Virus record (IMG/VR): IMGVR_UViG_3300003702_000001
Coordinates: 2,160-66,159 of that record
DNA from: a virus
Taxonomy: Duplodnaviria > Caudoviricetes
Reading direction: 5' to 3' (one strand)
Length of the DNA stretch: 64,000 nucleotides
This document shows positions 10,180-19,195 of this stretch, one piece after another. Below the pieces are notes generated by a model. It searched no databases and had not been told where the DNA came from. It saw only the letters and a list, made by a program, of their open reading frames with translations. Numbering within the stretch: position 1 is the stretch's first letter; every line of letters begins with the position of its first letter. The position numbers were made by a program, and so were the translations under genes.

Positions 10180-11255
10180 TCTCTTATTTCTCTATTGTAA
10201 CTAGTTAATTTTTCATCAGACTCTTCTTTAGGTTCTTCTTTTTCTGGTGGTTTCCACCCTGCTAATTTAGCCATATGATTTACCTGCCTTCTTGAAATGT
10301 AAATGTAGAAATCGTCTATTCTTCCGGGTTGTCCTATGGCTCCTAATAATGCCTTAACTGTTTTACTTTCTGCATTAGTATGTGTAGAAATTGCAACACT
10401 CATTAATCTAGTCCTAGCCTTAGTCGTTGCGAAATTACCTTTACTAGTAGTAAACTCATCATCCTTAGCCATAGCATTCATCATTGCTCTTATTTCACCA
10501 ATGCCATTATATGCTTTTTCGGCTGCACCCTGCTGCTCAATCTTAACTGGCCCTTCTTTGGTAATATGATGTTCTGCTCCATGAAGCATTTTATATCCTT
10601 TGCCCAATACATCATATAAACCATTAACTCCATCAAAGGGCGCAGAACTTCCATCACCATAAATTGCTTGCCACATAGGAGGCATTGCTTCTCCCTTATT
10701 AGGACTAAACCAAGTAGTATCTACAGCATCTATTTCATCCTTCCCTCTAATTAGTCTACGAAATTTAACATACATAGGGGTTCTATAATGACCATACACC
10801 GTTTTTTTAGTTGCTGACCTTTCAGCACGATTAATTTTATCTATTCCATCAAACCTAATATTTCTAGGATTTAAGTCTCCTTCCTTCTTCCCATACTGGC
10901 GTACTATATTTATTACTTTTTCCAATGATTGCAATTCGTTTGTGCTAAAATCTGGCTTCTTGAATAATGTATCTAATTCCTTTAATTCCTTACCTAATCC
11001 GGGAGTTTCTTTTGGGCCAGAGTTTCCCATAATTCTACCTGTAATTCCATGTTGTGCTATCATTTCATAAAGGCTACCATTAAACAACTGAACTCCCATT
11101 GCTTCGCCAGATATTCCCTTTGCTTTTTCTACCCATTCATCCCAAGAAGTAAGTGCATCGTCGCCTTTGTAACTAACTTCGGAGATACCATCTCCAAGTT
11201 TGTATTTGACTTTATCTTTCTTCACGCTCTTTTTTCTTTTTACGACGCTTCCCAC
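10149..11255 (-). CDS. Hypothetical protein (~360 aa), C-terminal DWRTIMK motif
   Basis: Long ORF; start codon uncertain. Confidence 0.8.
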   Translation of the reverse strand: MGSVVKRKKSVKKDKVKYKLGDGISEVSYKGDDALTSWDEWVEKAKGISGEAMGVQLFNGSLYEMIAQHGITGRIMGNSGPKETPGLGKELKELDTLFKKPDFSTNELQSLEKVINIVRQYGKKEGDLNPRNIRFDGIDKINRAERSATKKTVYGHYRTPMYVKFRRLIRGKDEIDAVDTTWFSPNKGEAMPPMWQAIYGDGSSAPFDGVNGLYDVLGKGYKMLHGAEHHITKEGPVKIEQQGAAEKAYNGIGEIRAMMNAMAKDDEFTTSKGNFATTKARTRLMSVAISTHTNAESKTVKALLGAIGQPGRIDDFYIYISRRQVNHMAKLAGWKPPEKEEPKEESDEKLTSYNREIRDWRTIMKVMV

Positions 11256-11343
11256 CCCCTGTTTTATTATTAAATAATGCTGCTGTTCCTGATGAAGTAG
11301 AGGTTACAGCCCCAGTCATTTTTAGTGTATCGAACCAACTCAT
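11212..11343 (-). CDS. Small basic protein, 43 aa (MSWFDTLKMTGAVTSTSSGTAALFNNKTGGGKRRKKKEREER)
   Basis: Translated by hand (below the track cutoff); fills the gap, overlaps the upstream stop by ATGA and carries the shared leader. Confidence 0.7.
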   Translation of the reverse strand: MSWFDTLKMTGAVTSTSSGTAALFNNKTGGGKRRKKKKEREER

Positions 11344-11660
11344 TTGTCTTCACCTAAAAATTCATAAATCCTATTTACATTAATTTCTTTAGTACTTGTT
11401 AATCTTGGGGCTAATGGATTGCCATAAAAGAGAGTTTTAATAGAATGAAGCCATCGTTTCTCTGAGCGTGGGTCAGTGGCTTCCATGTATCTCTTCGTCA
11501 TTAGTAATATTGTAGGCTTTAGTCTTTTAATAGTTTCTTTGTCTTTTATTTCTTTCAACCGTTTAGCCTCATCTTTACCTTCCTGTATATCTTCAGGCGC
11601 AAATTCTTCTGCAACAGCACTTTCATAAGGCTCAATTTTCAATATATCTTCCCAACTCAT
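11340..11660 (-). CDS. Hypothetical protein with MSWEDILK leader
   Basis: ORF track; leader motif. Confidence 0.75.
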   Translation of the reverse strand: MSWEDILKIEPYESAVAEEFAPEDIQEGKDEAKRLKEIKDKETIKRLKPTILLMTKRYMEATDPRSEKRWLHSIKTLFYGNPLAPRLTSTKEINVNRIYEFLGEDK

Positions 11661-11661
11661 A

Positions 11662-12393
11662 CTACTTCCTCATCATATCCATCCAACTCATTGATTTATA
11701 TTCTCTCATACTATCTTTCCATTTTTCTGGGTCTTCTTGTTCAAAGTCTGCCGTAACATCTTTAATGGGTTTAGGGTCTTCTGCTCCTAAATCCTCAAAT
11801 CCACCCATATCTTCTAATTGTTCTTTAGCCAAAGCACTAAGGGTAGCCATAATACAATGTCCTACATAATTCTCAAATTCAGGCGTACTGCCTAATTTCT
11901 CTACTAATTTATTAATTTCATTTCTTAGAGCGAACTGTTCTGTATTGCTCATTCCTTCTTCTATCCAATTAGTCAACAGATGTTCCTTTAGGTCTTGTGA
12001 CATTTTCAACTTTATTGAATCATATATTCCTAGTTGCTTTAAGAAGGTATTAAGTTCATCAGATAAAGTTTCATTATGTCTATCATAATCGGGCATTTCT
12101 ACAACTACATCTTCTACATCTTCCATTGCTGCTATATTAGACATAACCATAGTAATAGGAGTTCCAACCATAGGTTCTATTGCATTATCTTGTTCTAATT
12201 GACTTAATTCCTTAGTATCTAATTCTCGCAAGTCTTCATGTGCTTTTGCAACAAAAGACTGTGCTGCAGCAATTAATCCATTACCTGAATCCATCCTATC
12301 AAATATGGTAGCATAGCGACTACCTTCTATAATCTCTCTATAATCAACCATTAAACCACACCTCCGCTTCATATTCTCCTGTACCACTATCAT
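11662..12393 (-). CDS. Acidic hypothetical protein, C-terminal MSWMDMMRK motif
   Basis: ORF track; true start probably MVDYRE. Confidence 0.75.
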   Translation of the reverse strand: MIVVQENMKRRCGLMVDYREIIEGSRYATIFDRMDSGNGLIAAAQSFVAKAHEDLRELDTKELSQLEQDNAIEPMVGTPITMVMSNIAAMEDVEDVVVEMPDYDRHNETLSDELNTFLKQLGIYDSIKLKMSQDLKEHLLTNWIEEGMSNTEQFALRNEINKLVEKLGSTPEFENYVGHCIMATLSALAKEQLEDMGGFEDLGAEDPKPIKDVTADFEQEDPEKWKDSMREYKSMSWMDMMRK

Positions 12394-12655
12394 ACTGATA
12401 TAAAACCAATTTGGAGCGATTATTCCAAATCCGTAAGAAGGTCGTCAATGCTGGTGTGAAGCCGGTCACATATAAGTGTAACTCTTCAACTTCTTTTTCC
12501 TCTATCCATTTTTCTACATGTTTTTCCAATAGGGGGTATTTTTCCCTTAAACTTCCTTTGGGTAGTTCATCCCAAATAAAATCATCTACTGGCATATCAT
12601 GCCTACTTCTAATCAATCCAACGCTTGTTATATCTTTAATCACATCAAACCACAT
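12344..12655 (-). CDS. Small alpha/beta protein, possibly CARF/Rossmann-like
   Basis: RHDMPVD and LHLYVTGFTPAL motifs; leader MWFDVIK. Confidence 0.45.
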   Translation of the reverse strand: MWFDVIKDITSVGLIRSRHDMPVDDFIWDELPKGSLREKYPLLEKHVEKWIEEKEVEELHLYVTGFTPALTTFLRIWNNRSKLVLYQYDSGTGEYEAEVWFNG

Positions 12656-12659
12656 TCTA

Positions 12660-13292
12660 CTACCTCCAATCTACATCATCTAGTTCTTCTTCCCATTCGT
12701 TAGGAACAACTCTCTCATGTCTAAACCACAGTATAGGTGTAGATTGGTCATCAATTTCTAACATCATTCTAGACACTATTGTAGGCTTATTCCTGTATTT
12801 TCTTTTTTCTGTGGAGGGTAACTCGTAAGAGTGCCTTTTATATTTTGACCACATAACAGTAATTGTATAGTTATCAATTGATTTATTTATATCCGCCTCT
12901 CCTACCTGAGTGAGTGAATTCAACATATCTAACGCTTTACATGCCACCTCTTCAGGTAATAAATCTAAGGTTAAATAAAAATCAATAAATTCAGATGCTA
13001 TACGGCTCCCTCTTAGAAAATAGTTTCTAGATATATAACTTTCTCGTGGTCGAGTATCTTTAAAATTGAAATTCTCATTTCCAATTCGTTTCTCTTCGGG
13101 TATTAATTTATTTAGTAGTTCTACTTTTTTACCATCACCCAAAGTTAATCTAGTTTCTAGTTTATCTTTATATTCCTGTATTTTCTTTTTACAGTCATCA
13201 TCCTCAGTCTCGGATATTTCGGGTTTTTTAATTCTTAACTGCGTCTTAGGTAAAGTGAGAATCTTTCCTTGTTTTAATACTCTCCACCACAT
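12660..13292 (-). CDS. QGKIL-leader paralog 1
   Basis: MWWRVLKQGKILTLPKTQLRIKKP; CKKKIQEYKDKL; PEEVACKALDML; ends VDWR. Confidence 0.8.
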   Translation of the reverse strand: MWWRVLKQGKILTLPKTQLRIKKPEISETEDDDCKKKIQEYKDKLETRLTLGDGKKVELLNKLIPEEKRIGNENFNFKDTRPRESYISRNYFLRGSRIASEFIDFYLTLDLLPEEVACKALDMLNSLTQVGEADINKSIDNYTITVMWSKYKRHSYELPSTEKRKYRNKPTIVSRMMLEIDDQSTPILWFRHERVVPNEWEEELDDVDWR

Positions 13293-13293
13293 A

Positions 13294-13935
13294 TTAATTC
13301 CAAACCACTTCTACTGCTGTGTGTCCTTTGTCTATTAGTTTATAATCTACTTCTATTATATGTCTAAGGAATACTGTTTTATCGTAAGTATCATATCCTC
13401 CAAAGGTATCGGATAAAAAATATTTATCTATTGGTTCAAGGTGTTTACCTACTGGAATAGCATAGGCTGAGAATTCTGTTGACCATCTGTGTATATCTGT
13501 TTTTATATCAGTAACATTGATTACACCAATATTATAATCATTTAAAGTCTCTATATTGTTATCCATTATATGACTAGATTCTTCTATCATATCCAATAAT
13601 CTACATGCTACTGCTTCTGGAATCTCATCATAAAGGTAATCAGTTTGTTCTATACTAACAAATGCGTCATAGTTTTTAAATTCAGTTAACTCTTTAGGTA
13701 ATCCCCAACCAGTCATTTTATATTGAGTGTCTATCTTTCCTTTTAATTTTATATACTCTTTATCTTGCAACCAAGGATTAAGTTTATCATGAGCCATATT
13801 CTTTAGTTTATTTGCATACTCCTGTAATTTCTTATTACAGGTATTTTCCTCTTCTACCTTTTCAGGCTTTCTAATTCGCATGGAGGTTTTAGGTATAGTA
13901 AGTATTTTACCTTGTTTAATTATTTTAAACCACAT
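13294..13935 (-). CDS. QGKIL-leader paralog 2
   Basis: MWFKIIKQGKILTIPKTSMRIRKP; CNKKLQEYANKL; PEAVACRLLDMI. Confidence 0.8.
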   Translation of the reverse strand: MWFKIIKQGKILTIPKTSMRIRKPEKVEEENTCNKKLQEYANKLKNMAHDKLNPWLQDKEYIKLKGKIDTQYKMTGWGLPKELTEFKNYDAFVSIEQTDYLYDEIPEAVACRLLDMIEESSHIMDNNIETLNDYNIGVINVTDIKTDIHRWSTEFSAYAIPVGKHLEPIDKYFLSDTFGGYDTYDKTVFLRHIIEVDYKLIDKGHTAVEVVWN

Positions 13936-13936
13936 A

Positions 13937-14629
13937 TTACAACTTCCTCCAATCTACACTAGGAATTTTTTCAGGAAGAAGTAATAAGGGTGCAATATAA
14001 GCCCAAGAAAAACGCAATACGGCTCGATGTTGACGATATCGTTCCCCCTCCTGACGGTTAGCATCAGCACCGGGGATAATCTCCAGTGTAAGTTCTGTAA
14101 ATATTTTCTCCTCATCACTCCCTTCTATCTGATAATGCATATCTTGCCATTCTCTCTTAGAATACCATGCCTTAATTTTCCATGTTTGTTTATTTTCTTC
14201 AACTGTTGTAGACGGCGTAAATTCAGGCAATGTATTTTCTGGATTAAGTTGTTCCAACTTATCTAAAGCAACACAACATACTTTTTCTGGTATTTGTTCT
14301 ATTTTTTCCTTACTAGAGAAAATAACTTCTTCTCTAAGACTATCCGTACTGCTAAATCGTGATTGCGGGTTCTTCATAGAATGTTTTGGCGCGGTAATAT
14401 ACAATAGAGTATTGGTAGGATTTGATGCTTCTTTTATATCCAAATCTTTATCAACCAAATTTTGCAACACCATTAAAGAACTTCCATTAAGAGACGCTAA
14501 TTTATTTCTATAATGTATTAATTTATCTTTACAAGTTCTTTCCTCTGACTCAGTGGGTTTCTTAATTCTCATAGTAGTCTTAGGAATAGTAAGAATTTTA
14601 CCTTGTTTAACTATTTTCCACCAAGTCAT
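13937..14629 (-). CDS. QGKIL-leader paralog 3
   Basis: Start reset to the ATG at 14629: MTWWKIVKQGKILTIPKTTMRIKKP; CKDKLIHYRNKL; PEKVCCVALDKL; ends VDWRKL. Confidence 0.8.
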   Translation of the reverse strand: MTWWKIVKQGKILTIPKTTMRIKKPTESEERTCKDKLIHYRNKLASLNGSSLMVLQNLVDKDLDIKEASNPTNTLLYITAPKHSMKNPQSRFSSTDSLREEVIFSSKEKIEQIPEKVCCVALDKLEQLNPENTLPEFTPSTTVEENKQTWKIKAWYSKREWQDMHYQIEGSDEEKIFTELTLEIIPGADANRQEGERYRQHRAVLRFSWAYIAPLLLLPEKIPSVDWRKL

Positions 14630-14784
14630 TTCTCTCCACTCCACCACCAATCATATACAGCATCTATAAGTTCCTTTGTCTCATTCCTATGTTCGCGCCA
14701 AATTTTCTTCTTCTTCTTGAGTAATTCATAACCCTCAATTTGTGCATCCCAATATTCCCAATTAATTTCCCATTCTTTCCCCAT
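14626..14784 (-). CDS. Small Trp-rich protein, 52 aa (MGKEWEINWEYWDAQ...YDWWWSGEK)
   Basis: Translated by hand; its stop overlaps the next ATG (ATGA). Confidence 0.55.
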   Translation of the reverse strand: MGKEWEINWEYWDAQIEGYELLKKKKKIWREHRNETKELIDAVYDWWWSGEK

Positions 14785-14785
14785 T

Positions 14786-14906
14786 TCATCTCCAATCTAC
14801 ACTATATTCTTTTATCCAATCTGAGGGCGCAGTAATAGTCCGTCCTTAACTGTGTTTTAGGCAATATGAGGATTTTACCCTGTTTAACTATTCTCCACCA
14901 AGTCAT
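14786..14906 (-). pseudogene. Internally deleted relic of a QGKIL-leader paralog
   Basis: Leader MTWWRIVKQGKILILPKTQLR is joined out of frame to a tail reading RTITAPSDWIKEYSVDWR*; the span is 121 nt (3n+1). Confidence 0.7.
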
Positions 14907-15742
14907 AATAAATTCTTCCCCCCATGAGAATCAATATATTCCTTAAATTTAGAACTTGTTTCATACAATTCCCAAGACCGATTAGAATCCCAATCACTAT
15001 CCAAGTTTTTGTTTATTACTTCTCTCATCAAAACAAAGATTCCACCCGAAGAACCTAAATTATGATTAAGAACCCTATCAATTGTGTTCGAGGGCGATAG
15101 ATTATATTCTTCTTCAAATAATCGTTCATACTCAAGTCTAGCCATTTCTTTAGTCATCAGGCTATCGGTTTGGTTTGCATGAAACTGCGACACTTCTCCC
15201 TTCCAAATACCTAATCCTGATTTATTATTCATAGCAGAATCATAATGCCAATAATCTCTAGGTATTGGAGCAGCAGTTATCATGTTACGATACCCATTTC
15301 CTTGCCATGTTGCTATATCATACCAATTTTTAGGTAAATCTTCCCTCCAAGATGAAACGGGTGCAATATAAATGAAACCTATCCTTTCATCATGTGCCTT
15401 TAACATGAAATCATCTACATCTTTACTTGCCAACATTTTTTCCTCTATTTGTTTTGGTAATTTCTTACCTAGTTTTTTCTCCATAGCCGCTATATGTTCT
15501 TGTATTGATGGTGCATCATTACGACCACTAACACCTCTAACCTTTATTGGAATCAAAGTTTTAACATGGAATGCAGGACTACCTAGAAAATTTGGAAATG
15601 GATAATGCTTCTCCATCACTTGTTCAGCACTATTCTGTCTAGGGTCATAAAGTAAAATAGTGCCATTACCAATATTCTCTTTTTTCAAAATATTGGGCCA
15701 AGCAAGTATTTTACCTTGCTTAACAATCGCCCACCAACTCAT
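14903..15742 (-). CDS. Hypothetical protein with QGKIL leader on an unrelated body
   Basis: MSWWAIVKQGKIL from the ATG at 15742; the Cys motifs of paralogs 1-3 are absent. Confidence 0.8.
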   Translation of the reverse strand: MSWWAIVKQGKILAWPNILKKENIGNGTILLYDPRQNSAEQVMEKHYPFPNFLGSPAFHVKTLIPIKVRGVSGRNDAPSIQEHIAAMEKKLGKKLPKQIEEKMLASKDVDDFMLKAHDERIGFIYIAPVSSWREDLPKNWYDIATWQGNGYRNMITAAPIPRDYWHYDSAMNNKSGLGIWKGEVSQFHANQTDSLMTKEMARLEYERLFEEEYNLSPSNTIDRVLNHNLGSSGGIFVLMREVINKNLDSDWDSNRSWELYETSSKFKEYIDSHGGKNLL

Positions 15743-16101
15743 ATTCCAAACCACTCCAATATTTTAGGCCAATATTTACTTAGAGTTTGATTTGTCTCTA
15801 CATTCCATGCAATTTGTATCTTATCCAACAATGCTTTTATCTCATCTTGTTCATGTTGTTCATCAAGTGCTTCTATATTGCCTTCTTTCTTCATTTCATT
15901 AAATGCTATAGAGGCTAGAGCCTTAAAATTCCTAGGAGTATATTTCATCGTAGATAATTTGAGTAATGTCTTTAATAATTTCTGATAAGTGTCTGATTGA
16001 ACAAAATTCTTTCCCTGTTCGTAATCCCACCTACGAAGTTTATCTAAGAATGTAGGTTTAAGTACATCTTTGTACTTAATTATCGTCCACCAATCACTCA
16101 T
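15739..16101 (-). CDS. Hypothetical protein with MSDWWTIIK leader
   Basis: ORF track; first gene of the leftward block. Confidence 0.75.
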   Translation of the reverse strand: MSDWWTIIKYKDVLKPTFLDKLRRWDYEQGKNFVQSDTYQKLLKTLLKLSTMKYTPRNFKALASIAFNEMKKEGNIEALDEQHEQDEIKALLDKIQIAWNVETNQTLSKYWPKILEWFGI

Positions 16102-16878
16102 GGTCTAAACTTCCCCCAAGCCCATATACCCCAAATCACTTCTATTACTGTTTTTATCGGATTATTAAAATGATACCACTGTGTCTGCATAATTCCACAG
16201 GTTTAACTTATTACTCCCTTAAAAAACTGAATTTTGAACTGGCATTTTTTTGTTACTTGCGTTTATTTTTTTTATTGTTTAGTTCTATTCCCAGAATAAG
16301 AATGCGCTAGTTATAATTAACTATCCTAGATACAAACACATGCCATTGCTTGTATATATGGCGCGATTTTATTTATTGTTTATTTATATTTATGTAGGCT
16401 GACTTTGGCTTCGCTATATACAATAGACGCACACGCTTAGTAGAGATAAAGGCTACTGACCGTTGGATTAATTATTTATGCCATAAAATTAATTACGCGA
16501 TACAAAAAAAAATTAAGCCCTGCTACGCACCCATTCCCCAATACCTCCCATATGGTTGTGCTTTGACTACTACCCTATCTTCTTTAAAGAATTAGATGGA
16601 TTTTCGGCAACAGGGACTAAATCTTCGTTAATATGTCTACTAAACTAGTATTTCACTCACTATCTACTACATTAGTATGTTGCTTACTTATCCTGTTATG
16701 GGTGGCTAGCCATGCATCGCATAAGGAATTGTATTTGGGTCGCTGTTTTAGGGCATTGCCGTGCCAGTACTATTGACCAATGGTCAAATCGCTTTATATG
16801 GTGTTACTGGCGTATTTCTCACCAAACCCTATTCAAAAGGTGTTGCAGCACCATATGAAATTGCCTCACCAAATGAAT

Positions 16879-17064
16879 CTAACTTAAGTCCATTTCTCTA
16901 AATGCACTCAAGGCTGCTTGTAATGCTGATAATGCTGTAGTTAAATCATCATCTGCAACTCTTAATCTCTTAATTATCAGCACATGATTAGAACCAGACT
17001 TAGAATGTCCTACTTCTAACATGTATTTGTATCTCTCACCTACTATTACTTCTGTTTCCTTCAT
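16879..17064 (-). CDS. Small hypothetical protein
   Basis: ORF track; coupled to the upstream ORF. Confidence 0.6.
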   Translation of the reverse strand: MKETEVIVGERYKYMLEVGHSKSGSNHVLIIKRLRVADDDLTTALSALQAALSAFREMDLS

Positions 17065-17255
17065 TCACTTCCCTTTCCTATTACCTGTCTATCAAGTTTA
17101 GTCTCATGTCGTCGTCTAAACAGTTCTTCATTGAAATTATCATTAGTTGGATGTAATATAACTATTAAGTTGTTCGTTTGTGACTCTGAAAACCTCAATG
17201 TAATCATCATATTAACAAACCATTCAAAATGTCTCTTCGTAAATAGATTAGTCAT
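17061..17255 (-). CDS. Small hypothetical protein
   Basis: ORF track; ATGA overlaps. Confidence 0.6.
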   Translation of the reverse strand: MTNLFTKRHFEWFVNMMITLRFSESQTNNLIVILHPTNDNFNEELFRRRHETKLDRQVIGKGSE

Positions 17256-17371
17256 GCGTTTTCCTCCAATATCCTTATTTCATTTCGTAGTTGCTCATTT
17301 TCCTTAATCAATTTAGCCTTCTCTCGCTTGAGTCTTCGATAACCATACTTAAATTTAAGTTCTAAGTTCAT
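17252..17371 (-). CDS. Small coiled-coil protein, 39 aa (MNLELKFKYGYRRLKREKAKLIKENEQLRNEIRILEENA)
   Basis: Translated by hand; ATGA overlaps on both sides. Confidence 0.6.
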   Translation of the reverse strand: MNLELKFKYGYRRLKREKAKLIKENEQLRNEIRILEENA

Positions 17372-18114
17372 TCATCTTCACCCTTATTTCTAGCGGCTAA
17401 TCTTGCTTCTCTTGTCTTAGCAATAATGTCAGGTGTGCATTCTGACCTTGATTCTGTCTTAGCATCAAAGAAACATTCAATAATTGGTTCTCCGATAGAT
17501 GTATAATTACGCATTACATTTTCTACAATGTATTGAATACTTCCTATATCTGGAAGGGGTGTATTAACACACATCTCTTCTATAACTCTCTTAGTTTGAA
17601 CTCCATCAGTCTCCCATCTAATAATGAACTTCAATTCAACCTCGATATTACTCTTATTAGTCAAAGTAGTAACCATAGTTACATCTTCATTAATTGGATA
17701 GTGTAATTCAGGAGTTACACCTATTTTCTGTATTCCTACTAGGTCTTCATAATTAAGAAGGAAATATTCTCCTGATGGAGTAACCCACTTCGTTTCTGTA
17801 GTAACAGTGGTGTCTTGTATTCTTTCTATCTCAAAATTAGTGTTTTCCTTTAGTTGGTTAATCATCTTAGTGGCGTCTGTTGAGTATTGAGTAGTTAAAG
17901 CGCGCTGTCCATCTATAACAATAGTATATATTGTAGATTCACTATCTATAGTTCTATTACCATACATACCAGCATTAATATCAGTACTCCATTTATATCT
18001 ACTAACAAAATTCATTCCTTGGTCATGAAGGTCACTAGAAACCATTGCCCATTCTTTAGGAGACAAAGCGATATCATAATTCATTGCCATTGTTCTTTCA
18101 TATATTACACTCAT
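17368..18114 (-). CDS. Hypothetical protein (248 aa), probable early gene
   Basis: ORF track; directly downstream of a 55-nt promoter element. Confidence 0.8.
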   Translation of the reverse strand: MSVIYERTMAMNYDIALSPKEWAMVSSDLHDQGMNFVSRYKWSTDINAGMYGNRTIDSESTIYTIVIDGQRALTTQYSTDATKMINQLKENTNFEIERIQDTTVTTETKWVTPSGEYFLLNYEDLVGIQKIGVTPELHYPINEDVTMVTTLTNKSNIEVELKFIIRWETDGVQTKRVIEEMCVNTPLPDIGSIQYIVENVMRNYTSIGEPIIECFFDAKTESRSECTPDIIAKTREARLAARNKGEDE

Positions 18115-18119
18115 ACAAT

Positions 18120-18174
18120 ACTAACGGGGTGGGGGGGTTATATCAAAGGTAGTAGTCAAAGCACTACCATATGG
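18120..18174 (-). promoter_or_regulatory. 55-nt promoter-like element, copy A
   Basis: Minus strand: CCATATGG-TAGT-GCTTTG-ACTACTA-CCTTTGATATAACCCCCCCACCCC-GTTAGT. Confidence 0.7.
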
Positions 18175-18258
18175 TTGTAAGTGGCTTTGCAGATATAACC
18201 TCATAAAACGACCAATTAAGGCCGAATTATGTTGTAGTGGGGGCTAAATCCACTACGC

Positions 18259-18834
18259 TTACTCTGAATCCTCCACGACTATGTTGCATACAAGTGCAAC
18301 CGGACTCTCGCCGTCCCATGAATACGGTGCATCATCGTTATCTTCTGTTGAAGCCTTGTATGCGGCATTCAACATCAAACGGCGTGACTTTGTGGCATCA
18401 TCAGCGAAATCCTCTGCTGTATCATAATTACCACCGCCAGATTTACCGTGTCTGTTCTCTAGTGTCTGAACTGCTTCGCTCTCATCAAAGAGAGAAACCA
18501 TCGCGGCATGATATGCCAAGAGAATACCATCTCTCGCAACTATCACCGTTTCAGGCATTGAAGACCCACGACCAGCCCTAAACGGCTTATCGCTTATATC
18601 TCCGAAGCAAGTCCTAATTGCCGCATAAAGCGACTTTCTTGAATCAGGCTTAGCGTCACCAGCCGCAACTAACTGCGGTACTGCTAACAGAGCAATATGC
18701 TCATCAGCCCAATCGGGATGTGTATCAAACCATCCATCAATTAGCGTCTTCTTTCCATTCCATGTCTCATCATCCATACTATTGTCTACCATTTCTTTCA
18801 CTTCCTTTATTCTCCTGTAGTGTATTAACCCCAC
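18259..18834 (-). CDS. GDAKPD-family protein A (GC-richer)
   Basis: Paralog of 19196..19711; true start may be MVDNSMD. Confidence 0.8.
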   Translation of the reverse strand: MGLIHYRRIKEVKEMVDNSMDDETWNGKKTLIDGWFDTHPDWADEHIALLAVPQLVAAGDAKPDSRKSLYAAIRTCFGDISDKPFRAGRGSSMPETVIVARDGILLAYHAAMVSLFDESEAVQTLENRHGKSGGGNYDTAEDFADDATKSRRLMLNAAYKASTEDNDDAPYSWDGESPVALVCNIVVEDSE

Positions 18835-18842
18835 ACTACATG

Positions 18843-18897
18843 ACTAACATATTATAGGGGTGATATAAAGGTGTATTGCAAAGCACACACCATATGG
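18843..18897 (-). promoter_or_regulatory. 55-nt promoter-like element, copy B
   Basis: Minus strand: CCATATGG-TGTGT-GCTTTG-CAATACA-CCTTTATATCACCCCTATAATAT-GTTAGT. Confidence 0.7.
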
Positions 18898-19093
18898 TTG
18901 TGTTCATTCTTTTATTCTTTTTATTGAGTTTGTAACTCAGAGGCGGGGCCGTGACTACAGGGAGTTACAATATAAGCATAGGTAATCAAGTAGGAGAAAT
19001 TCGCCCTTTTCTCTTCCGTCTATTACATTCGCTCAGAAAAAAACCGCCTTGGCTCAATCACACAACTTTACAACTTTCCAACATTCCAACATA

Positions 19094-19148
19094 CCATATG
19101 GTTTTGCTTTGCATAGAACCCTTCATATACCCCCACGCCACCGTTAGT
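19094..19148 (+). promoter_or_regulatory. 55-nt promoter-like element, copy C
   Basis: CCATATGG-TTTT-GCTTTG-CATAGAA-CCCTTCATATACCCCCACGCCACC-GTTAGT. Confidence 0.7.
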
Positions 19149-19195
19149 AATGCCCCCCAAGGCGGTTAGTCTAACTAATCAACTAAGGTGATATA

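Larger units (their letters stand above)
13221..15742 (-). repeat. Five dispersed ~40-75 nt direct repeats encoding the QGKIL leader
   Basis: Copies at 13221-13292, 13864-13935, 14555-14629, 14844-14906 and 15704-15742; plus-strand core resembles AGxATTTTACCTTGTTTAA. Confidence 0.85.

Noticed and set aside
13221-15742. Spaced direct repeats as a CRISPR array
   Set aside because: The repeats are in-frame coding leaders about 280-860 nt apart and are imperfect; there is no repeat-spacer periodicity.
16102-16878. Gene or RNA in this non-coding stretch
   Set aside because: It contains only A/T tracts, a partial promoter copy and one palindrome (TTGACCA-A-TGGTCAA, 16773-16787); no ORF or RNA fold can be supported.
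18237-18581. Plus-strand 114-aa ORF, and 19570..19821 / 19718..19921 on the minus strand
   Set aside because: 18237..18581 and 19570..19821 are antisense to the GDAKPD paralogs, whose mutual homology identifies the coding strand; 19718..19921 has no motif and lies over the promoter-like repeat region.
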